The position numbers were made by a program, and so were the translations under genes. Shown here in pieces: positions 48,831 to 58,963 of a DNA stretch of 64,000 bases. Source of the DNA: a virus (Duplodnaviria; Caudoviricetes); the IMG/VR virus record IMGVR_UViG_3300031555_003626, positions 128,001-192,000 of that record. The stretch is one strand, 5' to 3'. The notes under the pieces are model-generated. The model had not been told where the DNA came from. It made no database searches and worked only from the letters and a program-made list of their open reading frames with translations. Numbering within the stretch: the stretch's first letter is position 1; each line of letters starts with the position of its first letter.

Positions 48831-49538
48831 ATGGCAAAATTAGATATAACAGCTGAACAGATACAATCTACGACTAATATGATAACTTCTAGCGCAGCCG
48901 TTTCTGAATGGAATACTGATTTAAAGTATCCAAGTACTAAAGCTACTTTAAATAAAGCACATCCTGTTGGAAGCATTTTGATTACCAGTGTTAACTACTC
49001 TACAACCGACACAAGGCATCCAGATAATAGTATTGGTGGTACTTGGGAATTAGTTGACAAAGAATACCGAGTTGCAGCTACTGAATCAATTACTTGGACA
49101 CCTTACGATTCTAAGGCTACATTATCCAGAGGAATTGTTACGTGTTCAAATCATATGGTCTATTTAACAATGGAACTTACTGCCAACTCTACTATTTCGC
49201 CCAGCCCAGACGGCCAAATAACAGGTAAGCTAGGTCAAATTAACCCTAACAGTATTGGGGCTATTTATGATGTATCACATCCAAATCCTTTAGCATTCAA
49301 TACTACTACTGATTTTACCCTTGCTTATGCTGTTACAGGGGCAGGGGCTACTGCTGAAAGCTGTATTATTGTAGCTAATTTGAGTACAACTGGCGAGGTT
49401 AATATCCGGGCCATACTTAATGCGAATAAACAGCTAGTCTCAGGTACAAAAATATATTTAAGTATATCGGTACCAATGAAATCTACTAATATGGCTGATA
49501 GCTTTTGTGATAAATTTTATTGGAAGCGCACTGCTTAA
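48831..49538 (+). CDS. Putative baseplate/tail fibre protein
   Basis: HPVGSI.I.....P....GGTWE...YWKRTA. Confidence 0.7.
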   Translation: MAKLDITAEQIQSTTNMITSSAAVSEWNTDLKYPSTKATLNKAHPVGSILITSVNYSTTDTRHPDNSIGGTWELVDKEYRVAATESITWTPYDSKATLSRGIVTCSNHMVYLTMELTANSTISPSPDGQITGKLGQINPNSIGAIYDVSHPNPLAFNTTTDFTLAYAVTGAGATAESCIIVANLSTTGEVNIRAILNANKQLVSGTKIYLSISVPMKSTNMADSFCDKFYWKRTA

Positions 49539-49558
49539 CCTAATTATTAGGAAAGAAG

Positions 49559-50416
49559 GTGATTTTTATCGCTAGCTTAACGTTAGAAGTTTTAGATGGA
49601 AGCACCATTGCTTCGACTGAAATTTATGGAGCTAATAAAAAAACTTATATTAATATCGGCTCCGGAAATGTATTTAAACTACAGTGGGTGACCAGTGATA
49701 TTATTGTTGACCACTATGATTTAGTAATTAAACGACATAAACCAGAAGTGAATGTCTATGACGTTATTTTTGATAAGAACATTGGGTTAGTTAATGAGTT
49801 TTATGTAGATTCTGCTATATTGCCTGACTTCACAATGCCATATGAGACTTCTATTTATTTAGTCGCTTATGGAAAACAGGGAAGTGTACTTACTTCTAAT
49901 GTAGTAAATCCATATGTTTGTAAAGGCTGTGGTACATACGTAAAAGTACAGCCAGATGGCTATGAACAGCCAATCATGAAACGCGCAGTGGCTTTAGTCA
50001 AAACTAAACCAGATCGTATTACTTTAACTACTGTAGAAGAAGGAGAAGCTTCTGTTACTTCGAGTGCTGTGTCTGCTAATTATGCTGAAGCGGTACTACG
50101 AGATAGTGAAGGTTATATTTTACGAGATATAACTAAAAAAGTTCTTTTTTCTGTGCCTGCAACAACTGTTGAAATGGAATTAGCAGACATTACTGGTCAA
50201 CTTTTGGTAGACGATACTGGACGAACTTTATTTGCAGAGGTTTCTAATTTACTTGAAAATCCAGATGGCTGGACTATTATGCAGGAAATTTATACAAAAG
50301 ATGACGCCAATAACTGGCGTATTAATGATATTGAATACGAAGTACTTGTAGATAAAACCGGTGAAATTATTTATACTCTTAACGATGGTAAATATGAGCC
50401 TGTTTATGTACTATAA
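49559..50416 (+). CDS. Putative structural protein
   Basis: In late module; L.D..G..L.D repeats. Confidence 0.6.
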   Translation: MIFIASLTLEVLDGSTIASTEIYGANKKTYINIGSGNVFKLQWVTSDIIVDHYDLVIKRHKPEVNVYDVIFDKNIGLVNEFYVDSAILPDFTMPYETSIYLVAYGKQGSVLTSNVVNPYVCKGCGTYVKVQPDGYEQPIMKRAVALVKTKPDRITLTTVEEGEASVTSSAVSANYAEAVLRDSEGYILRDITKKVLFSVPATTVEMELADITGQLLVDDTGRTLFAEVSNLLENPDGWTIMQEIYTKDDANNWRINDIEYEVLVDKTGEIIYTLNDGKYEPVYVL

Positions 50417-50443
50417 GCTAGTTTATTTAAGGAGAGATATAAC

Positions 50444-52486
50444 ATGTCTTATAAATTAAAACACACAGCAGAGGCTATTGACGATAAGCTAAGCTTAATT
50501 AATAAAAATAAAAATCTTTTGCCTTATCCTTACGAAGAAGAGCCTGGTGGGGTTGGCCTTATTGATGTAGGTGATGGCTCGTTTCTAACAAATACAGATT
50601 TTCCGGAAGCAGGCTATGAATTTTTACTTCATACTGTTGTACTACCTGGAGGTAGAAAATATAAAATTAGCCTCGATATTGCAGATTTTATAGACGAATA
50701 TGCTATGACAGTGAATCCAGGTTTCTCACTAATAGTTAGAAATAAGTCAGGTGCAGACCTTGACTTAAATAATGAGGTACTTGACCTTAGTGCTGAAACA
50801 GAAGAGACATCTATTAGTGTATTTCTATATGTCCCAGCGGGCGCTAGAGCTAATTTAATAGTTAAACCTCAAATAGAAGAGGGCGAAGAGCAGACGGCTT
50901 GGGTACCCTACATGAAAGATATAGCTAATTATGTGGATGAGCGTTTTAATAGCACCAATGTTAAAATTAAAGCTATTGCTGAAGCTGTTGCTAATAATGC
51001 CGGCAGTAGCGAGTATACCGGCCCTGAAAACATAGAAGACGGTACTACTACTGGAATTCAGCAAATTCAAGATCAAGAATCTGGAGTTACTGCAGGTTAC
51101 TTTAACTTTACTAATAAAAACCAACAAGCAACTAAGCATGATAATAGCTTGACTGGCGAAATTGAATATGGTGCCACAGGTGAGTTCGCAGTAGCATTTG
51201 GAGGTAAATCTGCGGCAATTGGAAAACGTTCTATGGCTGTAGGAACAACCACTATAGCTAAAGGAAAATATTCATTTGCTTGTGGTGATAATAGCGTTAC
51301 TTTAGGTAATGACTCTTTTGCAGCTAACTATCAAACAACTGCCAAGGGTCAAGCTTCAGCTGCTTTTGGTTCTGGTACAATTTCTGAAGGAAGTGCTTCC
51401 GTTGCTATGGGTAAGGAAACTCATGCTAAAGGAGAATATTCGTTCGCTACAGGATATCAGTCTAAGTCTAACAGTCAGTCTTCAGCGGCTATAGGCGCTG
51501 GAGCTGTTACTTCGTCTGAAATCAACGGTCAGGTCGTTGTGGGTAGATACAACAGATACGATACACCTGCAAGCTCTCAATCTGTGTTTATTGTTGGTTC
51601 TGGTGGGAGCGATACTGCACGTGAAACTGCAATGTCAATCGATATTTACGGAGATATGTGGAAGGGCTCAAACCCAAGTGCGCTAGATCGCTACATAACT
51701 GCAGGAGAAGCATTTAGACTTCCTGAATCGGTTAGTGATAAAGCAGACGGTACTTATATTCCTTGTTATGGGGTCACTAGCGGTAAGATGACTTCGGGCA
51801 AAGAATCACCAAATTCTTTACAGTTAGCGACGAGTTGGGCTAAAGGAAACACCCTAGTAGGTAGAGATGAAAACGGTGCGATTAATATAGGAACACCTAC
51901 AGCCCCCGGTCATGCAGCTACTAAGCAGTATGTTGATAACTCTCATATAGCTAAGATAAAAGAAACGCTGACTCAGTTATTTGACCGTGATGAATTTTAT
52001 GAAGTGCAGTCTACCGGTACTATAACAGTTAGATTAACTTGTAACTCACAGGAGTCTTTCGGCAGTGATACGTGGCTTGATTGCAATCATGACCTAGAGG
52101 TGTTTTTTGATGGAGATGCAAATAAAACAACGCTTCCACTACCTAAAGGTACTTTGATAAGCATAACAGGAAAATCGGAGACGGGTGATGCACACTATCT
52201 TTTAAATAATAGTACAGTAACTGTTTATTTAGAAGACTCTGATTATTCCGGAGATGGTGGGCCAGGCCATCTAATTGGGTTTGATGCTTTTACACCAAAT
52301 AGCTCTGAGACTATAAATAAAACTTACCGTGACGCGACAAGTGACCACGTTTTATATGCGGATACAGGCGAGTCCTCAATGGTTTGGGACAGCACATGTT
52401 TTGAAACCACTGAGGAAAGTCAAGAAGTTACTTTAACCTACACGCTTGCGAAAAATAAATATCTTGAGGCATTAGAAACTTTATAA
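50444..52486 (+). CDS. Tail fibre/receptor-binding protein with YadA-head-like repeats
   Basis: KPQIEEG....W.PY domain; repeat block closely similar to 43072 protein; HAATKQYVD. Confidence 0.7.
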   Translation: MSYKLKHTAEAIDDKLSLINKNKNLLPYPYEEEPGGVGLIDVGDGSFLTNTDFPEAGYEFLLHTVVLPGGRKYKISLDIADFIDEYAMTVNPGFSLIVRNKSGADLDLNNEVLDLSAETEETSISVFLYVPAGARANLIVKPQIEEGEEQTAWVPYMKDIANYVDERFNSTNVKIKAIAEAVANNAGSSEYTGPENIEDGTTTGIQQIQDQESGVTAGYFNFTNKNQQATKHDNSLTGEIEYGATGEFAVAFGGKSAAIGKRSMAVGTTTIAKGKYSFACGDNSVTLGNDSFAANYQTTAKGQASAAFGSGTISEGSASVAMGKETHAKGEYSFATGYQSKSNSQSSAAIGAGAVTSSEINGQVVVGRYNRYDTPASSQSVFIVGSGGSDTARETAMSIDIYGDMWKGSNPSALDRYITAGEAFRLPESVSDKADGTYIPCYGVTSGKMTSGKESPNSLQLATSWAKGNTLVGRDENGAINIGTPTAPGHAATKQYVDNSHIAKIKETLTQLFDRDEFYEVQSTGTITVRLTCNSQESFGSDTWLDCNHDLEVFFDGDANKTTLPLPKGTLISITGKSETGDAHYLLNNSTVTVYLEDSDYSGDGGPGHLIGFDAFTPNSSETINKTYRDATSDHVLYADTGESSMVWDSTCFETTEESQEVTLTYTLAKNKYLEALETL

Positions 52487-52622
52487 TTAAATAAACTAAA
52501 GCTTAGATTTATTTCCAGTCTAAGCTTTATTTTTATCTGCTAAATTATTAGAGATAAATGCAGTTAAATTCAGAAAAAGAGTTTAACTTAGAAAAAATAT
52601 AAAGAAGGGAATTTTATATAAT

Positions 52623-53573
52623 ATGTCAATTAAACTAGATAAAAGTATTAGCATAGATGGTACGCTCTATGATGTAACAGCTGTAGAGGCTGATAAAGCA
52701 GTAGAGGCTGATAAAGTTGTTAATAAATTAACTATAAATGCACCTGGAAAAGATCCCGAGTACTTTGATGGTAGTGCAAACAAAGAGATAACAATACCTG
52801 CTGTTACTTATAGTAATAGTGCAAAAACAATTAATGCTTTAGGCGGAATTGGCCCGAATACCTCATTTGACAATGAGCCTATTACAAAGGTACTTGATAT
52901 GCTTTTGTACCCTTATGTTGCCCCTGTTATTGGAGATACGAGTTCTTCGCCACACAATGGTGGTGTATTCGAAAATGGAAGCGTTCAAAAAATTGCGTCT
53001 GTTACTACTTCTATTGTAAAGAAATCAGAAAGTATTTCTAAAATAGAGCTATTTCACGGAAATACACTGCTAGGAACGCGTGAGGATCTTCCAGATGGTG
53101 GCAATATTAAGTTCGAAGTCCTAGATCTAGGTGTAGAAATCGATAACGATAAAGATACTCCAAAATATCTTACAATTAAAGTAACAGACAGTAAGGGTAA
53201 CTCTGTTACAGAAAACACTGGCACTTTTAGTTTTGTTTATCCTTATTATTATGGCGCAGTTGAGGCTAACACTACAATTTCTGAAATTTCTGAAGATGTT
53301 GTAAAAGGTCTTTATTGTAGCATTCATGATAGAGTTAATAGAACTGTGCCATTTACGCTTAATAATCAAAAAGTAGTTTTTGCCTATCCAAAAATTTATG
53401 GTACATTACACTCTATTATAAATCAAAATAACTATGAGGTTATTACTACTTTTACACGTAAAGAGCTTTACATAACAGGCTTGGATAAAACAGCACATCC
53501 TTATTATGTATATGTTTCAAATGGAGCTTCAACAGTCTCTAATTTTAAGTATACTTTTAACTATTTAAAGTAA
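52623..53573 (+). CDS. Putative tail fibre-associated protein
   Basis: FDGSANKEITI; C-terminus homologous to 36880 protein. Confidence 0.65.
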   Translation: MSIKLDKSISIDGTLYDVTAVEADKAVEADKVVNKLTINAPGKDPEYFDGSANKEITIPAVTYSNSAKTINALGGIGPNTSFDNEPITKVLDMLLYPYVAPVIGDTSSSPHNGGVFENGSVQKIASVTTSIVKKSESISKIELFHGNTLLGTREDLPDGGNIKFEVLDLGVEIDNDKDTPKYLTIKVTDSKGNSVTENTGTFSFVYPYYYGAVEANTTISEISEDVVKGLYCSIHDRVNRTVPFTLNNQKVVFAYPKIYGTLHSIINQNNYEVITTFTRKELYITGLDKTAHPYYVYVSNGASTVSNFKYTFNYLK

Positions 53574-53585
53574 AGGAGTTAAATA

Positions 53586-53969
53586 ATGGCAATATTTGAT
53601 AAAATTTCTGGTATTCCTGCTGATAATGGTTTTAAGTATCAGGCAGAAGCTCCGCTTGATGCTCGTTTAGTAGTAGACTACTACAGCGAATTAGCTGAAC
53701 TTGCTGAGGGACACGGTGCTTACATCGGTATGTTAGTTTATGTAAAAAGTGAGACGACTACGGCAGGTGGTATCACTTTTCCTAAAGGTTATTATTTTTA
53801 TGATGGTGTCATTTGGGCTGAATTTAAAGGAGCTGGCACTTCTAATGCAGAGGGTGCTGATAAAGTGCGAGTAACTTTGGATGATGGTAGTAAACCATAT
53901 GCTACTATCACAATTAGTGCAGAGGAGCCTGATGGCGGCAACATTGGAGATATTTGGTTTAAATACTAA
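53586..53969 (+). CDS. Putative tail fibre adaptor protein
   Basis: F.Y....PLDAR domain; C-terminal P....GDIWF. Confidence 0.6.
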   Translation: MAIFDKISGIPADNGFKYQAEAPLDARLVVDYYSELAELAEGHGAYIGMLVYVKSETTTAGGITFPKGYYFYDGVIWAEFKGAGTSNAEGADKVRVTLDDGSKPYATITISAEEPDGGNIGDIWFKY

Positions 53970-53998
53970 TTAGCCAAATAACACTAAAGGAGTTTAAA

Positions 53999-54373
53999 AT
54001 GGCTAAAAATATTATTAAACTTAACAGAGGTGACTCATTTGAATTTAAAGTGAGTATTCCAGATAAAGAAAATACTAATAAAAATTATATTTTAACTAAT
54101 TTTGATGTTGTTTATTTTGCCTTGTTATATCCATATCAGCCATTTGCCGACGCATTTATGGTTAAAGGCTACACTATAGAAGACCAAAATAAAGAAACCG
54201 GCGAAATAGTTATAAAGTTAGTACCAAATGATACTAGATGTCTTGCTCCAGGTATTTATTATTACACTGTTAAACTGCAAAGAGGCGGCACCTTGGAAGT
54301 TATAAATGACTTTGATGAGCCTGACGAAGTTAGAACAATAATTGATAGAACAAAATTTATTGTAAACGATTAA
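53999..54373 (+). CDS. BppU-like baseplate protein
   Basis: IKLNRGDS...IKL.P.DT..L.PG.YYY.VKL. Confidence 0.6.
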   Translation: MAKNIIKLNRGDSFEFKVSIPDKENTNKNYILTNFDVVYFALLYPYQPFADAFMVKGYTIEDQNKETGEIVIKLVPNDTRCLAPGIYYYTVKLQRGGTLEVINDFDEPDEVRTIIDRTKFIVND

Positions 54374-54464
54374 ATTTCAAAACTTTTTATCGTATATATT
54401 AATATATTAATTAATAATGTATATAATATTATAATAATATATTAAGTATATTATATATTTATTT

Positions 54465-54496
54465 AAGAACGTAAGTTAATTTCTTACGTTCTTTTT
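54465..54496 (+). terminator. Rho-independent terminator ending the structural module
   Basis: aagaacgtaag / cttacgttctt plus T tract. Confidence 0.65.
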
Positions 54497-54574
54497 ATTT
54501 TATAGTAAAATATTACAAATCATGCTGTATTATATATGTAGTAAATAAAAAAAATTATTTTAGGAGAATTTAAA

Positions 54575-54946
54575 ATGAGAAACTACGAGACAAAGATTTA
54601 TGATTACATTGATAAGAAGACAGGAGCACATGTAGTAAAAGCTACTACGATTTATGCAGGCCAAATGGTAAGTGCTTGCTCAAAGTGTGACCCTAATGAT
54701 ACTTTTAATCTCGATTTTGGTACCGCAGTAGCTCTTAAGCGTCTCGACCTTAAGATAGCTAATAAGCGAGCAGCAAGCATGAGAAATTACGCAAAATTCT
54801 GTAAAATGAACCTTGACTTCATTGAAATTGAAAAGCGTCGTGTTAAGAAGTCTATGGAGAGGGCCGAAATTGCTGTTCTTGATCGCAGAGTTGAGATTAA
54901 GGCTTTTGAAAAAGAGCTCGCAGAACTTATTGCAACTACAAAATAA
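54575..54946 (+). CDS. Hypothetical phage protein
   Basis: SKCDPNDTF....G..VALKR motif. Confidence 0.75.
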   Translation: MRNYETKIYDYIDKKTGAHVVKATTIYAGQMVSACSKCDPNDTFNLDFGTAVALKRLDLKIANKRAASMRNYAKFCKMNLDFIEIEKRRVKKSMERAEIAVLDRRVEIKAFEKELAELIATTK

Positions 54947-54985
54947 GAAATTTCCTACATATTTATTATATAAGGAGCTATACAG

Positions 54986-55414
54986 ATGATTTTACGAATT
55001 ACTGTCGGCGACAATGACTTTACAGAAGAGCTTGAACAATTTGCTGAAGACCCCGAAGGTAGTGCTTATCTTTTAAAGGTAGCTAAGCTTGAAAATACTT
55101 CTTTAACTCAAGATGAAAAGCTTGCACTTTTTAAACGCAAGGAACGCTTTAGAGAACTATTTTATAATACAGAAAAATATACTCCTGAGCTTTCTGCTGA
55201 ACTTTGTGAAATGGTTAAACAGAATTGGGAGGATTTTGTAAATCATATTATGCGCGACCACGACTACTGGAATGAAGATGATAAAATAAGACTTAGAGAA
55301 TATCTTATCAGAGACTTTAAAGTAAAGTTTCAAAAGAGCCTTACACCTAAGTGGGAAAATGGTGAAGTAGTTTACATTTGTTGCGGCTATTATAATAAAC
55401 ACTGGACATTTTAA
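54986..55414 (+). CDS. Hypothetical protein
   Basis: AAGGAG RBS. Confidence 0.75.
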   Translation: MILRITVGDNDFTEELEQFAEDPEGSAYLLKVAKLENTSLTQDEKLALFKRKERFRELFYNTEKYTPELSAELCEMVKQNWEDFVNHIMRDHDYWNEDDKIRLREYLIRDFKVKFQKSLTPKWENGEVVYICCGYYNKHWTF

Positions 55415-55436
55415 AATTACATAGGAGGAACTTAAT

Positions 55437-55694
55437 ATGACTTTTTTGGCAATTATTCAAATTATTTATTTAGCAATTAACCTTTTTGGCTTAGGAGTAA
55501 GCATTTACTTTATTTGTGGTACGACCGATGATTTTCCTATTGTATCTAAATTGTTTAGTTTTATTGCAAGGCACTTTGGAAAAGTAGCCTTTATTATTAC
55601 AGGTATTTTACTCACTATCTTGTTTTTGCCTACTATTGCTCTTACAGCTGCCTTTATTACTTTCATGTGGCTTTGGGGCACATATTGGGATTAA
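55437..55694 (+). CDS. Small membrane protein
   Basis: AGGAGG RBS, two TM segments. Confidence 0.7.
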   Translation: MTFLAIIQIIYLAINLFGLGVSIYFICGTTDDFPIVSKLFSFIARHFGKVAFIITGILLTILFLPTIALTAAFITFMWLWGTYWD

Positions 55695-55706
55695 GGAGTA
55701 CTTATT

Positions 55707-56003
55707 ATGTTAGATACATTATTAGTATTTTGGATATTCTTTAACGTAATATCTACAGTAGCAATAGAAGTTGTGTGCTTTTCAAGTGCTGAACATTTTG
55801 ACAAGATTGATATTCTTTTATACCCCCTATTAATAAGGACTCTACGAGCAAAGCTAAATATTGTTGGAACCGTTATAGTTACAATATTAGTTTCCATTCT
55901 TTGTTGTCTGGCGATTATTGCTTATTTTGTACTTTTAGCCCTCTTTGCTTTAAGCGGCTTACTAGTAAAATGTTTTCTTTGTATTTTTAAGAGAAAAGAT
56001 TAA
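55707..56003 (+). CDS. Small membrane protein
   Basis: AAGGAG RBS, TM segments. Confidence 0.7.
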   Translation: MLDTLLVFWIFFNVISTVAIEVVCFSSAEHFDKIDILLYPLLIRTLRAKLNIVGTVIVTILVSILCCLAIIAYFVLLALFALSGLLVKCFLCIFKRKD

Positions 56004-56029
56004 ATAATGTTAAATATAAGGAGTAAATT

Positions 56030-56293
56030 ATGAATAACGATACAACACTTAGTAGCTTTCTTGAAGATAGACTTTCTTATGAGCTGCCTGAAGACGATGA
56101 TTTCAATATTGCAGGCCTGGCTGAAGACCTTGCTTATAGTCTTAAAATTAATGGTTATTGTTCTGACCCTTATTTTGAATATGCTAAGGCTCTTATATGT
56201 CCTATCAATAAGAAACGCAAAAAATATTGTGGTTGTACCACTTGTGAAAGTCATGAGTTTTGTTTAATGCTACGTAAGGAAGGTTACGTATAA
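56030..56293 (+). CDS. Hypothetical protein
   Basis: AAGGAG RBS; C-terminal Cys cluster. Confidence 0.7.
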   Translation: MNNDTTLSSFLEDRLSYELPEDDDFNIAGLAEDLAYSLKINGYCSDPYFEYAKALICPINKKRKKYCGCTTCESHEFCLMLRKEGYV

Positions 56294-56733
56294 TGGAAAG
56301 AATTGAGATTCCTGCAGAAGTTTATTTTAAAGCCTTTGACGGTAAGAAATTTTATAGTGAGACAGAGTGCCACAGATATGAGTTTCTTTCTGACAAATAT
56401 ATGAATAAGGAACGTCACGCTGTCTGTGAAGATGGTGAAGGCCATTTGCATAATTTTTTCTTTGCTTGTGATAAGTATGATATTATAGAAATTTGCGAGC
56501 TTAGTAAATATGTACTTGGTTATCGTCCACAATATGTTGAAGCTGCTCCAAAGTGGGAAAATTTTGAATATGGTTGGCTTTGGGTAGCTTACGATTTTGA
56601 CGAGTACGGACCTGCACCTGCTCTTGGCACTGTTTCTGACTTTATTGAGATTCAGGAAGACTGTGCTAGGTCATATAATGATGCGGTTCAAATAGCAAAA
56701 CAAATTGAAATTCTACCAGGGCCGAGGAGCTAA
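56293..56733 (+). CDS. Hypothetical protein
   Basis: F.AFDGK.F..E.EC..YE motif. Confidence 0.7.
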   Translation: MERIEIPAEVYFKAFDGKKFYSETECHRYEFLSDKYMNKERHAVCEDGEGHLHNFFFACDKYDIIEICELSKYVLGYRPQYVEAAPKWENFEYGWLWVAYDFDEYGPAPALGTVSDFIEIQEDCARSYNDAVQIAKQIEILPGPRS

Positions 56734-56735
56734 TT

Positions 56736-57245
56736 ATGCTTAGATTTTTTAAAGACTTAAAAGTTTATTTTACTGATAGACCTAGATACGAGCAGTGGAA
56801 ACGATATAAAAAGCTTCAGAAAGAGTATCGTAAAAAGCTGATAAAGCAGGCAAAAGAATTTTGTCCGTGGTCTGGTTGGTACATGAATGAAATGGTAAAA
56901 ACGATGCTTGAGTTTTATAATAAGACTTATACTGCTGGTGATTGTTGCTGGAGTGAGAAGTGTCGAGTACAGAAAATTGCTAACCAAACTAAGAAAGCTT
57001 TGCAGGCAGCAACTAACCTTGATACTTATGAAGATTTAGGTACTGACGAGCTTATAGCACTCGCGGAAAAGGAACCTGGTTTTACAAAGTATCTTGAGAA
57101 GTGGGAAAAGAAATCAGGCCTTAAAGTCAATAAAGATGAGAGAAAGTATCTTTTATATGGAGTAGCTTGTGCTTATTACGAGAAAAAATACACAACTGCA
57201 TTGTATGATATTATAGGAAAACATATTTGGGAGTGGTGTGACTAA
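56736..57245 (+). CDS. Hypothetical protein
   Basis: GAGGAG RBS; C-terminal WxD. Confidence 0.75.
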   Translation: MLRFFKDLKVYFTDRPRYEQWKRYKKLQKEYRKKLIKQAKEFCPWSGWYMNEMVKTMLEFYNKTYTAGDCCWSEKCRVQKIANQTKKALQAATNLDTYEDLGTDELIALAEKEPGFTKYLEKWEKKSGLKVNKDERKYLLYGVACAYYEKKYTTALYDIIGKHIWEWCD

Positions 57246-57580
57246 TGAATTTTAAACCTGAAAAAATACCCGTTACTTTCTCGCAGCTTTTAGAGATATG
57301 TAATTATCAGCAGCATATTATGGAAAAATATAAAGAGTTTATTGAGCAGAATATTGTTAATAAAATTTTAGAGACGGATTTTGACGACTCTTGGACTCCC
57401 ATCGGGCGCGCTAGTTTTAAGCGTATAACAATTCCACAGTCAACTTTTATGTTACAGTGCGATCCTTCTACTCTTAAAGCTTGGAAGTGGCTGCAATATG
57501 AGAGACCTGCCTTTGACTCCGACTATTATGTTAGAGCTGCTTTTGTTGAAGAAGGAGAAAATGATGCTAAAGCCAATTAA
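57245..57580 (+). CDS. Hypothetical protein
   Basis: TAATG overlap. Confidence 0.7.
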   Translation: MNFKPEKIPVTFSQLLEICNYQQHIMEKYKEFIEQNIVNKILETDFDDSWTPIGRASFKRITIPQSTFMLQCDPSTLKAWKWLQYERPAFDSDYYVRAAFVEEGENDAKAN

Positions 57581-57773
57581 AACTTTTTATGTTGTAGGTG
57601 CACCGAATTATAATGAGTATGCAGAAGCTCGTGATATTGCGAGAGACGAAAATTGTGTAGTAGAGCTTCGTTGGTGTCCTAATATTTGGACTGGCTGGTA
57701 TCATGAATATGTATTTGAGGATAGTGACCCTGCAGAGCTTGATGCAAAAACACCTAGAGTTTACGGAGTTTAA
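57561..57773 (+). CDS. Hypothetical protein
   Basis: AAGGAG RBS before ATG 57561. Confidence 0.65.
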   Translation: MMLKPIKTFYVVGAPNYNEYAEARDIARDENCVVELRWCPNIWTGWYHEYVFEDSDPAELDAKTPRVYGV

Positions 57774-57785
57774 GGAGATTTAAAA

Positions 57786-58712
57786 ATGGCTAAGTTGATT
57801 ATTTTATGTGGGCTTCCTGGAAGTGGAAAGAGCTATTATGCTGCCCAGCTATGGCGAAGAGAAAACACCTTTGATGAGCCTACTGCAGTAGTACACTCTT
57901 CAGATGCTATAAGAAAAGAACTTTTCGGCGATGCAGGCTCGCAGGAAAATAATGCTCTTGTATTTGAGACTATGCATAAGAGAGTAAAGGACGACCTTAG
58001 AGCAGGTAAGACTGTAATTTATGATGCAACTAATATTACTCGAAAGTCTCGTCGTGGAATAATCAATATGACTACTAAAGACGATATTGTTGAGTGCCAT
58101 ATTGTTTGGGCGCCTGTTGATACTTGTATTAAGCGAGATGCCAAGCGCGAGCGCCACGTAGGTAGAGAAGTAATTGATAAGATGATTCGTCGTTGGCAGA
58201 GCCCACATAAGTCTGAAGGTTTTACTTGTATCGATGTTATCTGCTCAGACCCTAACTTTGATCAGACTAAGTACGTAGCAATGCAGGCTGACCAAATGCA
58301 TATACCCCATGACAACCCCCATCACACTCTTGGTGTTTGGGATCATTGTATGCAGGCTTATTACTATCTTTGCCAGCAGCCTAATATCAATGATGACCTG
58401 AAGACTGCTACAATGTGGCATGATATCGGAAAGCCTTATACTAAATCGTGGCATATCGATAAAGTAAACGGAGCAGTAGATTATTCACACGCTCATTATT
58501 ATGATCATCATTGTGTTGGCGGCTATCTTGCTTACGGACTTTTCTTACATAAGGATTTTGATGAGGAAGATGTAGACTTTATGTGTTGGGTGAGCTGGCT
58601 TATCTGCAATCACATGGAGCCTTTCTTTAACTCTCATTGGTATAGAGAACTTCCTGAGCACTTGAAGCAGCCTATTGATATATTGCATGCCGCTGACGTT
58701 TCTGCACATTAA
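57786..58712 (+). CDS. Polynucleotide kinase (AAA_33) fused to HD phosphohydrolase (Pnk-HD)
   Basis: GLPGSGKS, SSD.IR, YDATN..R..R, then HH...H...HDIGK...H...HM...AD. Confidence 0.85.
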   Translation: MAKLIILCGLPGSGKSYYAAQLWRRENTFDEPTAVVHSSDAIRKELFGDAGSQENNALVFETMHKRVKDDLRAGKTVIYDATNITRKSRRGIINMTTKDDIVECHIVWAPVDTCIKRDAKRERHVGREVIDKMIRRWQSPHKSEGFTCIDVICSDPNFDQTKYVAMQADQMHIPHDNPHHTLGVWDHCMQAYYYLCQQPNINDDLKTATMWHDIGKPYTKSWHIDKVNGAVDYSHAHYYDHHCVGGYLAYGLFLHKDFDEEDVDFMCWVSWLICNHMEPFFNSHWYRELPEHLKQPIDILHAADVSAH

Positions 58713-58804
58713 CATAAATTTTAATAAAATAACATTATAATGTTAAAATTACAAAAATAATATTGTATAATATAATGTGAGTGCAGAGCGCAGCATTCAC
58801 AAAT

Positions 58805-58862
58805 AGAGCCTATACTTATTTCTAACATAAATTTTGGGAATTTAAAAGTTGACAGTTAGGCC
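58805..58862 (+). ncRNA. Y-RNA-like bulged stem cassette without tRNA domain (leader of the Ro-like/TerD gene)
   Basis: agagcctatacttatttct...agttaggcc; same motif as 61045, 61211 and 61338 with compensatory changes. Confidence 0.6.
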
Positions 58863-58963
58863 AAAATTGAGATACTACTTTATTATAAGGCGGTGGCTTA
58901 TTTTGGTTTAGATCAAAAAGCTACCGTTATTTTATTTTGATTTTATTTAAAAGGAGATACATT

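Noticed and set aside
43072-52486. Diversity-generating retroelement behind the duplicated fibre segments
   Set aside because: No reverse transcriptase in the window; both copies are coding and internal, and differences are not adenine-specific
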